Assembly: GCF_009914755.1 (NCBI RefSeq)
Contig: NC_060927.1
Length of the DNA: 64,000 nt
From: the human T2T-CHM13v2.0 reference genome, Homo sapiens
Direction: 5' to 3' (one strand)
Part shown: in pieces, positions 1-12,168 of the stretch
How the letters are laid out: every line of letters starts with the position of its first letter
How positions within the stretch are numbered: the first letter of the stretch is position 1
Position numbers and translations under genes: made by a program
Notes under the pieces: generated by a model
What the model saw: the letters and a program-made list of their open reading frames with translations, nothing else
What the model was told of the DNA's origin: nothing
Database searches by the model: none

Positions 1-1610
1 GAACTGGCCATAGGCAAAATTAATGTTTTTCTCCTAATACAACATTAAATACTTAAAATATTGCCAAATACTCTATCAAATACTGAGAATAAAAGGTGAT
101 TAAGATATTTTCCTTGTCCTCAGGAACTTATCATTCTACAAATGACATGGAAACATGTACGACTAATCCTAACTGGGTTAGATGCATGCCACATTAGAGG
201 TAATAATAAAGTGTTGTGGGCACTCAGGGACATTGGCCTTCCTGCTTGTCTTTTTGAATTTCCATTTCTCTGTCTCCTTTCCACTATTCCTTTTTCTCTC
301 CTATTGCATCTCTTTCAAGAAATTCTTTTATGGATCCCCACCTAGATCTCCTATATGCTAGATCTTTTTCTGACAGGCCTTCCCCTGGCCACCACTTCTT
401 GATACCCTCTCAAAACACATTTTTTTCATGTGTTTCCTTAATGTCCTCAATCCTTATCAAGATGGCTGCCTGGCTAATTTGACAACAATTCTAGTTCAAA
501 TGTTAAAACTTAACCGTGGTTTCGTGGAACACTTCTTACAGATAACATTGCATTTTAAACAGGACACAGAGCAATGAGAACATTTTAGTCTAAAAGATAT
601 TTTGGAAAATGTTCTGATTCTCTGACACTCAGGCTGGGACTAAGGTAGAATCCAAGAGGTAATGAAGGATTGGGCCAAGTGCTTCCCAAAGTGCCTTGAT
701 GACAGATGTATTTAAGGAATGAGTATGTAACGTTGTAGCTGAGGAGCTGTGCTAATCAGAAAGATTCCAGAGTAGCATTAGGAGTGATGAATTCACCTTA
801 GTGCATGTATCAAGAGACAATGCTAGTGGTAAAGAGCTAAGACTAGCAAGTTCCATGCAAAGCAAATGGAGGAACCAAGCTGCAGACTATAACCAACTGT
901 ACCCTGACAATCTCTAATATATATAGGGTGCTCATTAGAGGGTGAATGACTTTGGCTTTAGGTGTGGGGATAAGATGAAAAAGAGAAAGAGGTATCTTCT
1001 TCACTAATCATAAGAATGCCTTATATTTGTTTAGAATTTAAAGTTTACACATTATTTTATAAATGTGAAGTTCTCATAATCCCATTAAGATAAGCAGGAA
1101 AGAAACACAGTTTATAAATGACAAACATGAGAGGTACCCTATAAACATCTGTTGGGTAGTTGATTTGTAGATTGAGTGACTGTTTGGTTGATTGATCAAT
1201 AATCCACAAGGAAAATAGCAGTGTTCCTTCCCAATAAGGCAGGAGAGAGGGTGGATCTAACCATTTTTTTCAATGAGGAACTAAAGCTTAAAGAGGTCAG
1301 GTAGCTAGTTCCCCATCACCTAACTCACAAGTAGACCCAGAGTTTTTCTTAGCATGAATTGAGGATTAATTTCATTATAGTGTGTTTATTTATAGACCAG
1401 CCTCTCTGGCATACCTGATGATACCCTCTGAACAATTTCCTAAATATCAAGCTAGCTCTCCAATTGCTAAGATAGAAATGTTCTCAAAAACCTACGCTGG
1501 ATCCAGAGTATATGCAACAGGAAAACAACAGGATGAAGAGCAAAAAGTAAAGATGTCTTTCACCTTTATTCTTTTCTGAACCTCCATACTCCAGCTGTGG
1601 ATTAAAAAGT

Positions 1611-1618
1611 ACACATAC

Positions 1619-1650
<32 letters not shown>

Positions 1651-1662
1651 CTATATATATAC
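1611..1662. repeat. (CA)n/(TA)n microsatellite
   Basis: Interrupted acacac run followed by tatata, read directly. Confidence 0.9.
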
Positions 1663-2224
1663 ATAAATGTATGAAACATAAAGGATGATAAGGGACATAC
1701 TGTAATAATTAAGTTGAAAAAAATCCCTTAAATTTCTCTCCATAAATGTGAGGCAGAAATTCTAAATTTTCCTTTTTTATCTTGTAGTTTGATCCAGAGT
1801 AGTTTACTTGTTCTCTCTTAATATCAAGAATTCATAATCAGGATGCATGTTAATAGTATTAATTTTATTTCCTCATTTATGTTTTTCCGTGTCAGTGACT
1901 GGAACTGCTGGGTGAAAAACAATTCTGAGAAAAGATGGAAGGAAAATAGAAATCTTTTTACCCACACTAGACCTCAAAAGTTAGAAAAGCACTTTGCGAG
2001 GCATGAGTATTGAATAGGGTCCAAAAAAAATTCAAGAAGAGAAATCACTCATTTGTAGATGGCTGTCAGAAATTGGGAAGTAATGGAATATCTAATTCCG
2101 TGAAAAGAGTTATCAATTGCTAAAATAATCTGCTTGATGAGTACAAATAAATTTGGGTTAAAAAAATAGTGTGGGTAGATTTGTAGGTGGTTCTAAAACT
2201 CAGAATGAGGAAGTTGAATCTGAT

Positions 2225-2748
2225 GGAGAAAGAGAAGGAGGGAAGGAAGGAAGGAGGGAGGGAGGGAGGGAAGGAAGGAAGGAAGGAAGGAAGGAAGGAA
2301 GGAAGGGAGACAGAAGGAAGGAAAGAAAGAAAGAAAGAAAGAAAGAAAAAGAAAGAAAGAAGGAAGGAAAAGAAAGAAAAGAAAAGAAGGAAAGAAAGAA
2401 AGAAAAAAGGAAGGAAGGAAGAAGAGAGAAAGAAAGAGAAGAGAAGAGAAGAGGAGGGGAGGGGAGGGGAGGGGAGAAGGAAGGAAAGAGAGAAAGAGAA
2501 AAAAGAGGGAAGGGAAGGGGAGGGGAGGAGGAAGGAAGGAAGGGGAGAGGAAAGAAAGAAAGAGAGGGAGGGAGAAAGAGAGAAGGAAAGAGAGAAAGAG
2601 AGAGAGAAGGGAAGGGAAGGGGAAGGGAAGGGAGGGGAGGGGAGAAGGAAGGAAAGGAAGAAAGAGAAAGAAAGAGGGAAGGGAAGGGGAGGGGAGGGAA
2701 GGAGAGGGGAGGGAGGGGAGGGGAGGAGGAAGGAAGGAGAGAGGAAAG

Positions 2749-2791
<43 letters not shown>

Positions 2792-3051
2792 GAAAGAAAA
2801 GAAAAAAGAGAGAGGGAGGGAGGAGAGGAGAAAGAGAGAAGGAAAGAGAGAAAGGAAGGGAATGGAAGGGAAAAAGAGGAAAGAAAGAGAGAGAGAGAGG
2901 GAGGGAGGGAGAAAGAGAGAAGGAAAGAGAGAAAGAGAGAGAGAAGGGAAAGGGAAGGGAGGGGAGAAGGAAGGAAAGACAGAAAGAGAAAGAAAGAGGG
3001 AAGGGGAGGGGAAGGGAGGGGAGTAGGAAGGAAGGAAGGAGAGAAGAGAAA

Positions 3052-3103
<52 letters not shown>

Positions 3104-3430
3104 AAAAGAAAGAGCGGGGAGGGAGGGAGGAAGGGAGGAAGAGAGAAGGAAAGAGAGAAAGAGAAAGGAAGAGAAGGGAAGGGGAAGGGAGGGGAGGGGG
3201 AGGGGAGTGGAGGGGGTTGGGGAGGGGAGTGGGGGAGGGGAGAAAGGAAGAAAGGAAGGAAGGAAGGAAGGAAGGAAGGAGAGAAGAGAAGGAGAGAAAG
3301 AGAGCAGGGAAGGGAAGGGGAGGGAAGGGGAGGGGAGGGGAGGGAGAAGGGAAGGAAGGGAGGAAAGAAGGAAAGGAAGGAGAGAGAGAGGGAGGAAGGA
3401 AGAGAAGAGAAGGAAGGGAGGGAGGAGGCA
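2225..3430 (+). repeat. ~1.2 kb polypurine low-complexity tract (GGAA, GAAA, GGGA, GAGA units)
   Basis: Almost only G and A on the + strand, with a handful of pyrimidines (e.g. 2311, 2862, 2980, 3024, 3115, 3208-3230). It explains the ORFs 2120-3475. Confidence 0.97.
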
Positions 3431-3499
3431 TTTCATGGAGAGGCAGACAGGCAAGAAATAAATAGAAAGTGTTGAAAGAAAGGGAGAAAAATCTCAGAG

Positions 3500-3700
3500 C
3501 AACAAATATCTGGTAGGAATTGTCACATCACAACTTATTTAATCAACTCAGCAACCTGCTCTATGACTATTATTAACTTCATTTTCTAAATGAAAAAAAC
3601 TAAGACTCAAGAGGTATAGGTACTTGTTCCTAACTAACAAATGATGGATCCAGATTTTCAACCAAGAATAACAGCCCCACACCAAGCTGCCTCCTTAAAT
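3500..3700 (-). mobile_element. MIR SINE fragment
   Basis: 'ctcagcaacctgct...attattaacttcattttctaaatgaaaaaaactaagactcaagagg' resembles the MIR core in reverse orientation. Confidence 0.55.
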
Positions 3701-3733
3701 TTAGGCCAAAATTTAAGCTCTTCAAAATGTTTC

Positions 3734-4149
3734 TGTGGCAGTGATATTGGGGGCATGGAGGTTGTTTGTTCTCCCTTCAGGAAAACCTGCTGTAGGGATG
3801 CGCCACACCTTTGGAGCCACTGCAGTTTTCACACTATACCTCCCCCAGGCTGCTCCCAGCCCATGAATGAGCCCAGTAGTACATGAACCAGGCAATTCCT
3901 GCCCAGAGGAGACTCCTCTAATATACGCCTTTGGCATAGGGACTCTCCTCCATTGGCTGAAACTTTCTCAGGGGCCTGAGGGTCTTACCCAATCCTTTCT
4001 TCTTTCTCTCTTTTCTCAGGTGGCAGACCAGCACTTCAGTCTGACAACTTCCCTTACCTTCTCCTAACCTCTGGTGTTTTACCCAGTAAACCTTTTGCAG
4101 GTCTAATCTTACCTTAGGGTTTACTCCTAAGAGGGCCTGAACTAACACA
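3734..4149 (+). mobile_element. LTR16-like (ERVL) solo LTR
   Basis: Starts tgtggcag and ends gagggcctgaactaacaca, with an agtaaa poly(A)-like signal near 4085. Resembles recalled LTR16 termini. Confidence 0.55.
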
Positions 4150-6489
4150 AGCATCCATTCACATGCATAACAATGCCCTGGATAGATCCAGACTTTTATA
4201 GTCAGGGTGTAGCCCAAATAGGACAAGCTATAGATTTACATACAGTTTTCAGCACACTCACTGCAACATCTGGGAAAAACATGGTAGACCACAAAACTCT
4301 CTGCCAACACCAGAAGATGGCATGCTCCCCACTGGGAAACCATGATTCCAGGTAGTATGGAAGGCACACAGGACTCTCCCTGGGGTGAGTTAGGATGTGG
4401 AAGAGATAGAGACAGTGAGGTTTATTCAAGTCAGTCCAGCTCAAGGATTTAGGATGAGAATGAGATGCTTAAGAGGCCCTTTCAAAAAGCTACCACCCTT
4501 TAGGGTATCATTGTCACTCCAAAAGTTCTTTAAAAGATTCTGGGATTTTTTCCACTCTTCTGAGAAGATGCATAGTCACAGACATATAAATCTACACTAG
4601 CCCACTTCAGAGCACAAACTCACTCTTATAACTTCCCTTCAGAGGCTGCAAACATTTTCCTGTTAGCATCAATATCTAATTCATATATTCTCACATCCTC
4701 ACTTAGAGGATCAGATGTATCATAAATTGGAGAAAGGAAAGAACAAACAGCAAGTCACAGGACTCTGTCTAATGATAATTACCAGGGAGTTTACTGGTTC
4801 CACAATGCTTGTCTCACAACTTATAGAAGATACATGTAAGTAACATCCCAGGCATGAGAATGAAATGAACATGTTACAATGGAACGTTCATACTCCTAAA
4901 TTATAATGTTGATGAATCAAATATTGTACACAGTAAATAATGAACAGCCACTGATTGGAGTTTAGAAATTTTTCCTTTTCCTTTTTTAGACAAATTAAAT
5001 ATATATACTGACCACATCTTTATGAGGATTTAGTCAGATTATTGTATACCTCAGTTATTACTACCTCCTTATCACCTTCATGGAAAAAGTGCCTTCTACT
5101 TTCTTCCTAAAATGTAATCCCTCCACAAAAGGCTGTCATGAAGCATACACTGCACTCGTCCTCACATGTCCCTCCCCGAGCAAGGCTACTGGTGCTCACT
5201 GTGGGTGCCACCTTCCTCTGTCTCTGGGGTTCTCATCAGGCACAGCTGTCTCTGTCTTCACCCGGTTTCAACACAAGCAGCAGAGGTTTGGGGTCAGGTG
5301 ACAATGTGTAATAAAAAAGGTGGTAGAGAAAGTGTCAAAGGGTCATCCTCCTTTTTCAAAACCATTTTGACACTTTGAAGACTGGTGATGAGGACATGCA
5401 ATACTTGGGGCCACAGGAAGGAAAGTATGGAAACAACAAAACCTGTATACACTATAAAGTTCTTTGTGAGATAGGCAGAGAATAGGAACCCCATTAAAGA
5501 AATTTGACATTTTATGCACTGCCTACTAGATACCCTGTTTTAAATCACAAAGTGAGTAAAAAGAATTGAAAGAAATCAGGCTCTTAGTTCTGAATTCCAC
5601 TGTTTTTTATTTGATGATAATATCATTAAATCCTACATGTCAAAGATAAGACAAATAACTAGCTGAAAACCTGAAATATAAACTATTTGTTAGAGTTTTA
5701 TTGAGCATTTTATGCTAAAAATAAATTTTTTAGGTAAATATTGTAGTACGCCAAAATAATTCCACAATAAAAGAGATAAAAATATGGTATCATATAATAT
5801 AGAGTGAAACTATTATCCTCTTAATATTTTAACAAACTGAATTTAGACCAAAATCTTAAATGTTAACAGTCATCCTTTTGTGATAGTAACTATGAATTAT
5901 CTTTTTAAAAATAATAAGTTTTAAAAAATAAAAATATAGAAATGAATTTAGTAGAAACAAAATTACTCCACTCTGTCTCAAAGCTCTTGAAATGAATTCC
6001 CAAGGACTGAAGTAGAAGTAACTCTTACATTCAACTTGGCATTTTCCATTTATTGCTTTGAGCTTTAAACGGCAAAGCATTATTTGTATCATAATAATAG
6101 CACTGAGTTATAAAAATTAATGTATGGATATTGGTTACAACAGCTGTGGCCCACTGTAAGAAAACCTAATACATAAAAATGTTATTTATAAAAAATTAGG
6201 ACTTTTTATTAATATTACCAAATAACTATTTGCCTTCAGAAATGATTTACTGCAGAGTATTTTAATTGTATGATGTAACCTATTTAATAGTAAGCGTTAA
6301 ATGAGTGAATGATGATGTCTGAGCTACTGACACCTGGAGAATATTTAATAGTATTGGTTAAGAGGTGTCACAGTGCAGCATAAGTGGAACTTTCCTTTTT
6401 AGTAAGGTCTCCAGGGAGAAAAGCCTTTACCTACCAAGTGGCCATAGAAAGAAATCTTCCCATAAACATAGCACACAGAGTGAGGAGAT

Positions 6490-6770
6490 TCATAAGCAAG
6501 ACAGAATGGTATACTACTATGTAGCCATTAAAATTCAGGTTGTAGAAGGATATTAAATGACATAAAATCTTTTACTACTAGTGAGTGAAAAAACAGATCA
6601 AAAAAGAGTAGTTGGAGAATAATCGCATTTTTTCAAATTATACAAACAAGCATACACACAAATTTATAAAAAAACAGGGGATATATACCAAGATACCGGG
6701 GCAATCATTGATTTTTGTTTTCATTTTTACGTAATTCTGTAGTTTCCAAATGACCATGTCTTTCTTATAA
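6490..6770 (+). mobile_element. old L1M (L1ME-like) 3' fragment
   Basis: 'aatggtatactactatgtagccattaaaa...agtgagtgaaaaaacagatcaaaaaag' is typical L1M 3' UTR sequence. Confidence 0.5.
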
Positions 6771-6774
6771 TTCT

Positions 6775-7130
6775 TGTATCAGTAGCACAGACTACATTGT
6801 GCAATGGTAACAGACATCCCAGGTTCTCAGCAGCTTTTACTAAGAAAAGTCAATTCTTGCTTACATACGTGGGCAGAGAGTCTCTGATCATGGAGTCCAA
6901 CAGCAACCCACACTGACAGAGGCTTCGTCTCCACGCATCCTTCCATGATCACTGGGACCAAAGAAAAGACTGTGGTGAATTGTGCACAGCTCTGAAACTT
7001 CTACCTGAAAGGAACACATGTCACTGCCACTCACATTTCATGGGCAAAACAAATCACATGGCCAAGACTGACTTCAAAAAGAGTAGGCAAGTATAATCCT
7101 ACCATATGCCCAGAAGAACTGGCTAAAACT
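6775..7130 (-). mobile_element. MLT1 (MaLR) LTR
   Basis: 'cacatgtcactgccactcacatttcatgggcaaaacaaatcacatggccaagactgacttcaa...aagtataatcctaccat' is a typical old MLT1 segment. Confidence 0.65.
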
Positions 7131-7639
7131 CCTAGACAGATACTAAATCACAAGGATAATACTTAATTTTCTAAAATATATTTCTGGGTCTTCCAAATTT
7201 TCTAAAATATCATGTGTCTTTTATAACGCCTCTGAAAAAGCACACAACCAATATTATTCTTAAAAAGAAAAAAACTCATCATTACAAGATACCAAAAAAA
7301 TATTTTTCAGATAGAGAAGATAACATCACCAGAAGAGAATAATTCTAACAGTTACAAAATAAAGTAAGCTTAGATTCAAGAGAAAACGAGATTTAATGTT
7401 ATGTCAATGATCCTAGAGTAAGAAGTACACTGCTTATTACAAAAACACAAGCAAGAGCATATCCCTGAAGAAGCAGCCCCATCAATTAATACAAAATCAT
7501 TGGTTAAAAGATATCATCCAGTGAGAAGGAATGAGAAAATGATACAATAACATACTCTACACTCATAACTGTTCATATAAATCCTGGCTTTGGGTCATTA
7601 CAGAACCTATGCATAGTCAAATGATCATTCTTATATTTA

Positions 7640-8430
7640 TACAAATAAATAAATATTTATTGTGTACCTAACTATAGGCTATGCACCATTATTGATCTTG
7701 TAACAGAGCAATAAACAAAACAGATGTGCTCTTGCACTCATAAAGCTGACATTGTAATGTGGGGGAGAGGAAAGACAATAAACAGGTAAGTAGAAGATGT
7801 CCAGGTGGCAATAAGTGAATACTTTATGCAGGGAAAGGGGACAACAAGGCCTGGGATGCTGCTTGAGAGAATGGTCAGGTAAGACCTCTAGGATGAAGTG
7901 ACATCGAAGCAGAAATCTGAAGAAATTGAGAGCAAACATGCCAGTGTCTCAGAAAAGAACATCCCGGGCTGAGACTAGCAATTGCAAAACCCAGAAACTA
8001 TATCTTCTAACAGCAGCAAAGGGCTGGTGAAGCCGGAGTAGAATGGGCAAGGAGAGAGCTGTAAGAACTGGGAGCCAGGCAGGAGCCTGGGGGTGATGAC
8101 AGTGCCCTTGGAGTCATGGTAGAAAAAGGCCTTCAATTTTTTTTCTTGTCTAAAGAAAGCCATTGGCAAGTTTTGAGCAGAGAAGTGACATAAACTTACT
8201 TTCATTTTGAATGGATCACTCTGGTTACTGTGTGAAGAATAAATAGTCTATAGCAGAAACAAACTGACCTGTTAGAAGGCTGTTGCAATTGTCTAGATGA
8301 GATGTTCAAAGTACAGTGAGAATGGTGGAGTGATGAAAACATAGAGGATATTGTAAGTAGAACCAACAGTATTTGTTGATGGATTGGATTTGGTGTTTGA
8401 GAAAGATGAGTCAAGAAATACTTCAATATC
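7640..8430 (-). mobile_element. L2 LINE 3' region
   Basis: Matches 'aaatatttattgtgtaccta', 'ttttgagcagagaagtgacataa', 'ggatcactctggttactgtgtgaagaata' and 'atttgttgatggattggat', all L2 reverse-strand hallmarks. Confidence 0.8.
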
Positions 8431-8639
8431 ATTTTATAAAGCATAGTCTAAGAACTCCCTCCTACTCATTATTGTATAGGAGTATCTAGAATGAATGAAC
8501 CCTACATAACTATACCCTTGCCTCACATAGAATTTTTTTTTAAGAAAGCATATTTCTTTCTGCCTGGTTGGCCTAAATGATAGAATGGTAAAACAGATTC
8601 TAATTTAATTTCCCCCAAAACCCCTGACATGCATATAAC

Positions 8640-8780
8640 TTTTGTTTTGTTTTTATTAATAGAGATGGGGTCTCACTATGTTGCCCAGGCTGGTCTCAAA
8701 CACCTGGGCTCAAGCAATCCTTTCAGCTTGGCCTCCCAAATCACTAAGATTACATGTGTGGGCCACCACCACGCATGGCC
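8640..8780 (-). mobile_element. Alu monomer (FLAM/AluJ-like)
   Basis: 'agagatggggtctcactatgttgcccaggctggtctcaaa...gggctcaagcaatcc...ggcc' is a single monomer. Confidence 0.85.
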
Positions 8781-10324
8781 CATAAAACGTTTCATTCTAC
8801 TAAATTTAAGTAATGTATACCGGTTAAGTAATATTACATGGAGTCTAAAAATAATCCTTTCTGACTTATTTGTAGATTTAAGAGGAAGGTCTTGGGGAGC
8901 AGTGCAAATAAAGCAAGGGTGAAATTGAATTTCTCATGGCAGTAGAGCCCTCTTTCAAAACAAGCCTTGATTGTTGTGGTTTCTTCCCAATATTGTATTT
9001 AATACAAAGACTACAATCAACTTTTTTCCTTAGCAACTCCTTATATCCTGTATAGAACTCTTCTATGGTATAACTTTAGCAATCTGTCCAACACCAGTAT
9101 GACTAAAGACTGGAGGGATTATTAAAATTTAAATGTTAAATGTCTTAGAAAAGCGAACACCTATAAACTCCATGACAGATTTGAAAATGAACTTTGGGAA
9201 GACTAAATATCAAAAACAAACTATATAAGAGCTATGAAAATTTTTGTCAGCAAACAAGACCTAGAGGAAAAAACAATTACAACAATGGAACCATGAAAGA
9301 GAATGAACAGTCTATATTAAATTGATAAATCATCACCAAAAATCCCAGTGAGAGAAAAGAGGACATTGTTAGGGGTTGCTACACGTAGCATCTTTCAGGC
9401 AGAAATGGCAGCCGGACATATGGTTATAGATTTTCTTTCTTTTCTTCATCACTCCGCCCCAGCTGAGAAATCCTCTGTCAGTCTTCGCTTACCAGCTGGT
9501 TAAAATAAAAATCTTACCTCCTTTATGAACTCTTTCTAATCTTATAAGGAAAATGTTTTCATATCAAGTAAGAAAATAAAAACTTCCTCAATAGGCTGAA
9601 AGAAACATTTTTAAACAAAATTTTGGATGAGCATGTTATAAGGCAGTACCAATTTCTATATTTAAGAAAAAAAATCCTCATGCCAAAGCTCGACTAAAAA
9701 CATTTCCAAAATAACTAAGGATTGATTTATAGAAATCTTGCCTCGCTTTTTTATTTCTCTGGCATAACTGTATGCCCCTCTGGGCCTGATACCAAATATG
9801 CTTCGGTTCTTCTATGTAAAAATAAGTCGATAGAAGGTAAAGGAAAACCATTATTTCTTTTTTACAATGACTAAATCAAGTGAGAAAGAAGGTAAATATC
9901 AGATATACACTTAACATGACATCTTTGCCTTAATTATTTGCATATTTACTCATTAATTAATAGACAATGGCCTCCATTCTCTTATTCACCTTGTTAGGTA
10001 GAACAAATATCTAAACTACTAGTTCTCACTTCCAACTGGAGGAGGAGGATGGGCAGAAGGATTGATTATCAGAACCTTCAAGGGCATAATTTGAAACTCT
10101 CCCACAGGTTAATCAAATGCCAAGTCTCCATCAGTTTATTTTTTTATTCTCCACCTTCCTCACCACCACCACTCCCAACCACCATGCTTAAGAACTACTA
10201 ACTTATGTATAAATTTTTTGAATAAAAAACAATTTTGTCCTCTTCTTTTAAGCATCTCACACCTGAGAGAGAAGATAACTTTTTATTTTTAGTCAAATAC
10301 AACTGCATGAGACCTAACCTAGTG

Positions 10325-10920
10325 TGTAACATCAATATGGGTAGGCTGGGTCAGATGAGATATTTACCTAATATTACCTATTGATTCTCCCAAAAGGCCA
10401 CAAGAAAACCTGTTGATCAAAGAATGTTAAGTTTATTAGACCTACTTTAGCAATAGCACCCTGACAGAGTGTTAACAGTGTCTCAGGAAGAGGTGGGCTG
10501 GGAAGCATGTTTATAGATCTTGGGGTGTAGGCTCAAGCAATTCAGACAGGTTTGCAAGACACAAAACAGGGATTAGGCAAGATGTGTGACATAATAGTTT
10601 CAGGTTGGTGGACATCTGAAGCAAGAGTCTTGAAGAGAATCTTGACAAGTGAGCTGTTGCTTGATAAGCAAGCTGCTTGCTCAGGTGTGCTGTCTGTTTT
10701 CCAGATAGGAGAGCTGTTTACCCAGATGAGCAAATTATTTCCCAGAGCAAATTAGTTTTCAGAAATTTCCTGAAGTAAACAATGAGGTTATTTATTGATT
10801 TACAGACTTATCTTCCTAAATACAAATATCCTGGAACAAATAGTTGATTTGTTGACACAGGTGGCCTCAGTTATCAGTTCTGAGAGTTAAGTAATGTGGA
10901 TACAGGTGGTGCCATTCTCA
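10325..10920. mobile_element. probable old ERV LTR (family not assigned)
   Basis: tgtaa... start and ...ctca end, with LTR-like internal composition ('aagtttattagacc', repeated cctgaagtaaac/cctggaacaaat). Recognised by pattern only. Confidence 0.35.
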
Positions 10921-11061
10921 TGAAAAAGACCAACAGCTGATCATAAATCCAATTCATAATAAATAAGGGAGGTAAAAGTCCAACAGGGTTAAAAGCAAAC
11001 CAAAAAGTTGGTTGGAGCTATGGGCAGAAAAAAATGAGTCACAATATCAGTCTTTGGGAAG

Positions 11062-11313
11062 ATAGGAATTGGTAGGGAAACAACATGAGAAGTCATGTTT
11101 AAGTAAGTCATCACAGAGACCAGGAAAATTGAGACATGTCCAGATTCTATTTATATGTGATGCTAACTCAATGCAACATATATGGACCTGACTACATGCA
11201 AGTGCCAGACAGGCTGGAAAGTTCAACTATCACTGGCTTCCCTAGTTCTCCAGCTTATAGATTACAGATTATCAGACTTCTTAGCTTCCATAATCACATA
11301 AGCCAATTCTATA

Positions 11314-11366
<53 letters not shown>

Positions 11367-12124
11367 CAGACCTTAGGTATATATTCTTAGGTATATAGAT
11401 ATACCTAAGATATACCTAAGAATCTATATCTATTTACTCAAAGAATATATATATACATATTCTTTGAGTAAATAGATATATATATTCTTTGAGTAAATAG
11501 AGATATATATTCTTTGAGTAAATAGATATAGATTCTTAGGTATATCTTAGGTATACATTCAGGTAAGGAAACGTTTTTATCAGAAACATTTTGTCTATAT
11601 ATAGACAAATGTCTGTATACATATATATATACATACACACACAGAGTGTATATATATATATACACCCTTTGCTAGCCTCCCTGTAGTGTCTCTTTTCCAT
11701 TGTATTAGGCTACTCCAGAGACACAGAATCTCTCTTTCCCCCCTTCTCTCTCTCCATATATATATAGGAATTGGTAGGGAAACAATATGAGAAGTCATGT
11801 TTAAGTAAGTCATCACAGAGACCAGGAGTGTATACTCTGTGTGTGTATGTATATATATATGTATATATGTATACAGACATTTGTCTACATATAGACAAAA
11901 TGTTTCTGATAAAAACATTTCCTTACCTGAATGTATACCTAAGATATACCTAAGAATCTATATCTATTTACTCAAAGAATATATCTCTATTTACTCAAAG
12001 TATATATATATATCTATTTACTCAAAGAATATATATTATATATATTCTTTGAGTAAATAGATTCTTAGGTATATCTTAGGTATATCTTAGGTATATCTAC
12101 ATACCTAAGAATATATACCTAAGG

Positions 12125-12168
<44 letters not shown>

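Noticed and set aside
2120-3475. ORFs of 279-444 aa on both strands (E/R/K/G-rich or L/S/P/F-rich)
   Set aside because: G/A-only and C/T-only sequence cannot form stop codons, so these are simple-repeat artefacts.
11431-11530. CRISPR-like or iteron-like short direct repeats (tattctttgagtaaatag)
   Set aside because: Spacers are only TA runs, there are no cas genes, and the context is primate genomic DNA.
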